DNA of 64,000 nt from Euprymna scolopes (taxonomy: Eukaryota), in the NCBI GenBank assembly GCA_053919585.1, contig CM132784.1; one strand, given 5' to 3'. Shown piece by piece: positions 53,801 through 62,300 of this stretch; the first letter of the stretch is position 1; each line of letters opens with the position of its first letter. Both the position numbers and the translations under genes were made by a program. A model generated the notes under the pieces. The model was given only the letters and a program-made list of their open reading frames with translations. It ran no database searches and was not told the origin of the DNA.

Positions 53801-56270
53801 TGTTGGTCTGTCAACAGGCACAACCTCCCTTATGTACATTACTTACATTCAGGGGCTGATCTCATTTGGTTTGTATCAACCTTGATTATTAAATGGAAAA
53901 AATTTTAATGAAATTACAATGCCATGAATATTCATAAATTACATCTTTTCACTTAGAATTTTATTTTTAGAAAAAATATATAAAATTATCTCAATTAAAA
54001 AAAAATACTTATTTCAATTGAATAAGATGAAATTATTCAGAGTAAAAATGCAACAACTTGAATTTCTTGAACTGACTACAGCCATGATCGAACATGAAAT
54101 TAAAAATGAGTAAGTCTAATGAGTGTGGTAGAGTCATGATCAGGCCTTTAATAGTGAATATAATGCCTGCTATGCTTGGAACCTTAATAATGACCATGTT
54201 ATGATTGACCTTCCTTAAATTTTTTTTTTTTTTTTTTTTAAATGAAAGTCACTCCAGACAACATGAGAAGCTAACAAGAATGAAAGATGTTTATTATAAA
54301 GACAGGAGATAAGAATCGATTTGAGATAAATAAAGACCTAGTAAGGGATTAATTTTGAAAGCATTCAACAGGAACAGCCTTCCGTTTTCCTGCTTTCCAG
54401 CTGACTACAATATGGTTCTTCAAGTTCTTGATGAGCCGTTCCACTTAAGTTAACAAATTCACCGAATTTCCATTACTAACGATTACTATATTGTCCAATT
54501 GACTACTGTACATTCTTAACCTTTATCCTTGAGTGATCTATGGGCCTTGATAAGTGGTTATGCCTATGTTAAAAAAAAAAATAGAGTTCCACATGTCTGC
54601 AGTTCTTGCAAAAAAAAAATTAGTGGAATAAGCTGTATTACAATGAGGTATCAAAACAACAAATTAATGGAGACCACTAGACCGAGTCAAACATGCTGGA
54701 ACAAAGGAAGCTGAGAATAGATCAGACAATGTGGCATATAATGTGATGAGACCTTTAATAAAGAATGCCCTGTTGCAGACGTCTTAGCTCTTAATTTTCT
54801 GTTCATTGTTAGCTATGGCATTGTAGATTTGGCTGTCAGGTGCACAATCTGAAAGTTTGTTTAATTTTGTTTTGATGCATTAACAGATATGTCTGGTGCG
54901 GACAATGAAAGAGTCACTCTTGATCAATTAAATGATTTAGGAATTCCTCAAAGTTTTATAATTATACATGGACCTTCGATTTACACTGAACACATTCATT
55001 CAGAATAGGTATAGACTTAATATCCTGATGCAAACTTCTTAGGTCTTAATTCGAATTATTACCTTTCGGAAAATACTATATCTGACTAGGAATATTTTTC
55101 AAATGGACGTCATCTTCGTTATCAGCAGCAAATTCAAGTAATAATAGGAAATACTATTAATAATACATTATTGAGAACTGGTTTTGTTCTGTGAAGTTCT
55201 AATAGGTCCACCCTCCCAGGATGTGCCTTCTCACGCTTTAAGAAAGGAATAGTTTATTGCTAATTGCCTGAGGCGCTCTAATCGGAAATTTTCAACAGGG
55301 TCACCCAGGCATTTTTTGCAGGCCAGAATGCTCTTCCTCTCAAGCACTGGTTTTTCAAATCTCACTTTCCCGAACATGTGCCACATCTTCCTGTCCCGTG
55401 GGAGCAAGATAAATATAAAATTAATCGTCAGTAAATCTTTTGATTATTTGCTTTTTTAAATAAAATTTTGATTTTGTTCATTGAAGCAAGAATTTAAATT
55501 TTTAGCTTTTTTTTTTCTTTTAATTTTTAAAGGTATTCCATTCCAAAACAGAAACATAAATTAAAATTAGCAATGAAAGAATTGGTACCAGGCCGAATTG
55601 GAAATGGTGATGCTTGGCTTAAAGAAGATGCTGTTATGGTGAGTTCGTCTTTTTTTTTTTTAATCATTGTATCAGAATGACTTCTGAAGAGTTTTTTTTT
55701 GTTTTTTCTTAGGAATATGAAGTTCTGGTTTTTTTTTTTATAAAAAAACAAAAAAAATCAAATGCAAAATTTCATATTTTAAATTTAGTTAAAAAAAGAA
55801 AGGGTGGGGGAAGTCATATTTATAAAAATTTATAGTAAATTTGTCCCTAGTAACTTTTTTCTGGTCTGACCATGCCGTACAATTAAAAAAAAAAAAAAAA
55901 AATCTTGCATCTTCAGAAAATATGTTACAAATGTAACCATTCTGGCCTCTATCAAAATTCTTCTATCACTCTACACTCGGGCCAAGATCAGTGTAGTATC
56001 TGTTCTGATGCTACACTTCACCATTTTTATCCTCGGTCAGTGAAGGAGAAATCCTTCTAGACTGAGACAATTTTTATTTTTGTTCCTATCCAAAGTGCCC
56101 CTTTTTGGGGAGCTGGATTTTCCCCACATTAACAATTGACCTTGTGGGGAGGCAAGTAAATAGGAATTTTCTATTAAATACTTATTTTTCCCGACAGTTT
56201 TTTATTTATTTATTTATTTTTTTTTTTTTTAAGAAATTTAGTTTTTCAGTAATTTTTCTTTCAACATTTT

Positions 56271-56312
<42 letters not shown>

Positions 56313-59300
56313 AATAACAGTATAACTACATTCCAAGAGCTAAATATTTATTTTTCTTAACAGCTCTTTCAGCGTATTAAAATTTTGGTACATTTTTTTT
56401 TTATACAGATACTTTTTGTTATGCAGAAACAATCATCATTATTATGTCAATATTGAATCTTGTGCATATACTCGTCAGAAAAAAAAAACAAAACTAATAT
56501 ATTCATCAACATTTCTTTTATTTCAAGACTTCCTCTGGATGATTGATTTGTTGAAAAAATTTTTTTAATGTTTTTCTTTAAATCAATCATCTCGAGAAGT
56601 CTTAAAATAAAGACAATATTGATAAATATATTAAATAATTTTGATTTTTCTATCATATTGTAATATTATTTTCATTAAATATTCAAAACATTTTTCAGTT
56701 TAAATTAAACTTTGCTGATTTTCTTTTCTTGGATTTTCTTCTTGGTTTAGGTAAATCCTGACTTGCTCTTGAAGAAAGGCATCTCGGTCGGTCGTGTCGT
56801 ACAGAAGGAACACCAATTTGTTGTTGTATTTCCATATGCCTACACATCATCGCTCACATGTGGTTTCAGTGTGTCTGAGTGCCTGCCTTATGCCACACCT
56901 GACTGGTTACCCCTCGGACAAGCCATAGCTCAGGTGAGCTAATTTCTGATTCTTTATAATCTATTTTTAATTAAAAAAAAAAAACCTTTTTGTTGGTTAA
57001 ATAATTTTTCAAATATCTATCTCGGAATCTATAAAATTATCCATAAAATCATACTACGAAATATGTCTGCAGCTTATCTCCAGTTTTCTAGCATTAAGCA
57101 ACGCAAATAGCCTGAACTATCTCCATGAGAGGATGCTAGACTATCTCTGATTTTATTTCTAAATTATTTCATTTTTTGTTGAAAACATTTAATTTTTTAT
57201 CTCCTCCTTCAAGGTTTTACGGAGAAACTGTTTGTGGCCGGAAATGTTCTCGCTTGATTCTTTATTACGCCGTATCGTCAAGGCCGAACCGGCCGTGAGT
57301 GATGAGTTATTAACCCAAGCACTGCCATTCTTAGAGAAAGCAATGTAAGTTGATATTTGATTTCATTTTTTTCATTCCTCTTTCTCTCTCTTCCTAAAAC
57401 TAAATAAAACTTCTTTGAGCAAAGTTTCCTTGCCAGAACTACCAGTTTATGGGATATAATACTGCTGGACTGTTTCTCATTGTTGTTTTCAAGTCCAATG
57501 TAAAGAAATTCTTGTTGGACTGCACACTTAATAATCAAATTCTTTTCAATCATCATCATCATGGTGTTGGCTCGCCCTCATTCTCGAGTGTCCTTTGGAC
57601 CTTGATTTGTGATTCTTTTGTAATAATAATAAAAAAATAATTATATGAAAAATAAATAATGTTGTAACAGAACATGGGCGCGTGTATGGCAGCTATATGC
57701 AAATGCTGAGATGTGTGCGAAGTGACATCACTGTAAGGAAAAAGAAAAAGACTATAAAAAGGATGTGTGCACGGACCGACGAGCACGTTGGAAAAGACGA
57801 TCACGTCACAGACGTAACGAGAAGTCATGCATGGCGGGAGAATGAGAAAGATCTTTTCTTAAAATCTGAAACAGTGGGTTGAAGTTCTTTCCTATTCCTT
57901 CTCTCCTTTGCGACTGAGTCTACAACATGTTGGGTCCTGAGTGTCTACCTGTTGGCACGTGTGTAACCATGTATTATGTTTCATCTTCTCTTAAAAAAAA
58001 AAAAAAAATGTTAATGCATATCAGGCATGTGAGTTTGCTGCTTTTTAGCAGAATTCCAGAAGTTTTTTTATGCCGGAAAAGTGGATTTCCATTTAAATTG
58101 TGAGAACCTCACATGCTGCTTTTTGGTCACAATCCATTTATTTTTCTATAATATAAATCTCAACTGTCTAAATGTATGTATGTATGTATGTTTGTATGTC
58201 TGCCTAAAACTTTTGACAGAGGTGTCAGATTTTCACGAGATCTTCAATTTCGTTGTTTTTGTTACCCTTTTTCCATACAAGCACACTGTAGTGATGATAC
58301 CTGTCAGGGCATCTGGTGCTACCAGATCAGGCTGTCTGAAGAAACTGGCTTCCTGACCTAAAGGTCCTGGATATGACCTAAAACTATATCTGATGGTGAG
58401 GCCCCACCTTGCGGGCCTTAGGGAGTGTGGAGCCACCCTTTGTCATTGCTCCCAGGTCCACTCTGGTAGTACCTGTTAAGGTCCCAACTATGGGTTAAAT
58501 AGAATCTGACTTTAAAAAAAAATATATATACTCCATTAAAAATCGTTCCTCAAAATAACTAGATTCGGCATTAAATAACCTGAAAAAGGTTGATATGCTG
58601 TAAAACAAAAACAACCAATCCTGACCTAAAATGTACCAAAACATTGATGTTATTGTTTTTTTTTTTTCCTTTCTCTTTGCAAAACTCAATCCTGTTCTGC
58701 AAAAAAAAAAAAAAAAAATTTTTTTTTACCTCTACAAAACAATGAAACCAAACACCATGAATAAATATTTGAAGATATAAGGAACTTGAAGCATAAAAAC
58801 TTTAACCAAAACGAGTGAATTTGGCATTAAATAACCTGAAAAGAGTTGGTATGCCATAAAACAAATCCCAAACCGTCGGGTGAGGAAGCTCATCTAAATT
58901 TTAGCTTTTTATGCCCTTGATTACTTTCAGCCTTGATATGCATCTGTATACTGTTTGAATAACCCAAACGATAAGCATATCAAATAATCTCATAACTAAA
59001 TCCATGATCAGTATCAATATCAAAATTAACACCAATGGGAAGGATTTGTCAGGTATGTGTATGCGTTATGATAATGTATGGGAGCAAAATGTGTTGCATG
59101 GAAATAAATGGATATGATGATTCGACGCATGTGCAATATGAATCTTAATAGAACTGACGACCACAGAGTGAGATTAAATCTACTTAAAGTAACGGGAGAA
59201 GTATGCAGAAGAGGAAACTAATGTCATATTGAAAGTATGTATCAACATTGTGGTCACATTGAAAATATGGATTACAGGGTTAATAGATGTAGAACAGTTA

Positions 59301-62300
59301 AAACAGCAGGGTTAGTTTAAAGGGACCAAGGAAAACAGGAAAATAAGAATTGACTTGGGAGAAAAAGGGATGAAGAAAGGCCTATTCATGTGGAAGTCAA
59401 ATTTTTAAAGTCCCCTAATGCAGGGTCTATTAGGCGATGGTGTATGGAAATGGAATCTGACCAGTGTGAGTTGAGGACATGTGTTGCATGGAGAAAAAAT
59501 GACATGAAATGATATGATTGATGTGTAATGTTGATTTTAAAGAGTTGTTTAGATCTGATGACCTTAAAGGAAGATTAAATCTGGACAGTATAGGAAAATG
59601 GGTGCAAAGCAGGAAACTTTGTTGGTTTGGTCACATTGAAAGAATGAACGAGATATCTTGGGTTAGTAGATGTAATGCAGTTGAGAAAACCGGGTAAGTT
59701 GATCATAGGAGGAAGTAATAAGAATGGACATAAGAGGGATGAATAAAAACTTGGTCAGAGTTAGATTAGTCTGGAAGGCAATTTCTAAAAGCCATCTAAG
59801 ATGTCGGCATGTAAAAGAGACGTTAAACCAAATATGGTGATGATGTTCAATCTTTTAACAAAAAAAAAAGGGGGGGGTAGAATATGGCACAATATTTTAG
59901 GAAGTGTGACATGGATTTAGTTACAGATAAAATTAAAATGGCTATTATAATAAAACTAGCAGGGTCGCTAGAAATTGTCCAGGGTTATAAAAAAATAGTT
60001 TAAAAAGTGTAACATCTTTATATTAAAACTTCCATCGCTACCTCCCTCAATCTTTCTCTTTTTCTCCTCCTTCACTGCTTTTCCCTGATCCCTTTACCCC
60101 ACCTTTCTTTCACTTCTATTCTGCTCGTTTCTTTTCTATTGAAAATAATGATAATGTAAGCCATTCATATTTTATGTAAATAACATTGTTGCATGGAAAT
60201 AAATGGATATGATGATACGACGCATGTGCAATATGAATCTTATAGACAGGCTTAGAACTGACGACCACAGAGCGAGATTAAATCTACTTAAAGTAACGGG
60301 AGAAGTATGCAGAAGAGGAAACTAATGTCATATTGAAAGTATGTATCAACATTGTGGTCACATTGAAAATATGGATTACAGGGTTAATAGATGTAGAACA
60401 GTTAAAAAAAATGGAAATGGCTGAAATCCCCCCCCCCTTCCCAATGAAACCTGGTCTTGTTGACTTCTAAAATAATGAATAATTTGTTTTTTAATTTTAG
60501 GTATTATTCATTCAGGGCAATGCTGATATAAAGTTTATTAACTTTGTGGATGTTTGTTTTCTGCTTGTTTTTTTTTTTTTTTTTTTTACTTTTAGGTGGA
60601 CACACACACACACACACACACACACAACTCTTCCTTATAAAAATTGTAAATAGCCAACCTTCGTATTGAAGATTTATAATTTCTGCCTAATGAAACCACT
60701 TCCAAAATTGAATGTGTTAGTATTGAATGTTGTTATAGGCACTTAATCTTGTGTTGGTTATCTTAAATTCTTACGATTCAATATATATATATTATTATTT
60801 TTTTTTCATTATTACAGAGAACATGAACTCTCTCTTCGGAAACAGCTTTATGATGCTGGTCTGAAAAATTCCAAAAAAATGAATGCTAATGAACCCTTGG
60901 TGCCATCCTCTCCAAAACGGAAACGCCTTAATGACGGAGAAGAGGAGAATCGGTGCGAAGTGTACAAAAGAATTTGTTACTTTTCAATGGTAAGCAACAG
61001 CGGACATTATTGCAGTTTCTTTTTTTTGTTGTTTGTTTGTGGAGTGTCCTATTTCCTTTCTACAACTGTGAGTGTCAAACTTTGTATCAAAGTTGAATCA
61101 TTAAAGCTTTGATTTCAATTTTTGGTTTGTGGTACCCCACTTCCGACCTATAATACTCCCTCCCCTTCTGTATTCTAATGAATAAAACAAGACGAGATTT
61201 TCGTGAACGTTTTACAGGCAGGGACCAAAAATTGGAGCTCAGTTGAGCACTTTCCATGGAAATAATGAGTAGAGAAATAATGCTCTAATCAGTAACTGCC
61301 CTCAGATGTGGCAGCAGGAGGTATAGGACTCTTGGATATGTAGAGGATTGAATGAGGCATTTTGTGATTAGTTCTTGCACAGAATTCCCCATCCTCGTAT
61401 TAAAAAATAAAAATGAAGAAAAATCTGTATGATGAAACGAAAATATCATATTTCAAAAATTATGTGAATTGATCAAGTAGTTTTATTTTTCTAAAAGAAA
61501 TCATTTTTAAGCGATTAATGAGAATTTGTAAGCATTACAACATAAATTTTACAGGTTTGAATTATTGCTGAGTTATCTGTTTTTTGAAAGATTGTTTTCA
61601 AAGTAATGGACAAGACAGCTGCTCTTTGGTTACTCATAAAATTTGATTTTCTTGTTTAAAAATAAAACTACTTGATCAATTTACATGATTTTTGGAATAT
61701 ATTTTACGTTTCTGAATTTTTTGAAATAAGGATTGGTTATTCACATCATTTGGATTTCTTTGGACTACTGTTCTCATCTTGAGTGTCATTTTCACATGCT
61801 TCCCTGTGAAGTAAATAAAAGGCTCTGTTTGAAATTCCATTCAGATTTCCGAGTTCAATAGAAACATTTGAGTTAGACAAGATACATCTGAAGGTCAGAG
61901 GTTACATCAACCGAAACATAAAAATGACACTCAAGATGGGAACAGTAGTCCGAAAATCCAAATAATACGAATATTTTTGTTTCATCATGGGTATGTACAT
62001 TAAACTGATTTTTTTTTTTAAATTTTGTTTTAAAAATATAAGGTGAATTCTGGACAAGAACTGAAAGATCCAACTATTTTTTCCCCCCAGCAACTTGATC
62101 AACAGATTACATAAGTCTTTCATTTTAGATCAGTCTTAGAAGCTTATTAAAAGTTTATTCAAGAGGCAAGAACAGACTAGTTTCCTGTTAGATATTTTTT
62201 TTCAGGCCATTTATGCAATATGACATAACAGCATCAAGATTAAACATGGATCCTTTACGTGTTTGGATTTAGAAAAGGGCTTTCTTTTACTATTAAAAAT

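Noticed and set aside
56749-56756. Recursive splice site AG|GTAAAT at exon start
   Set aside because: AG|GT starts occur at many exons here and reflect ordinary consensus; the upstream intron is short.
57295-57300. Alternative donor GTGAGT within the exon
   Set aside because: Would be phase 0 against a phase 2 downstream exon; the downstream GTAAGT donor fits homology.
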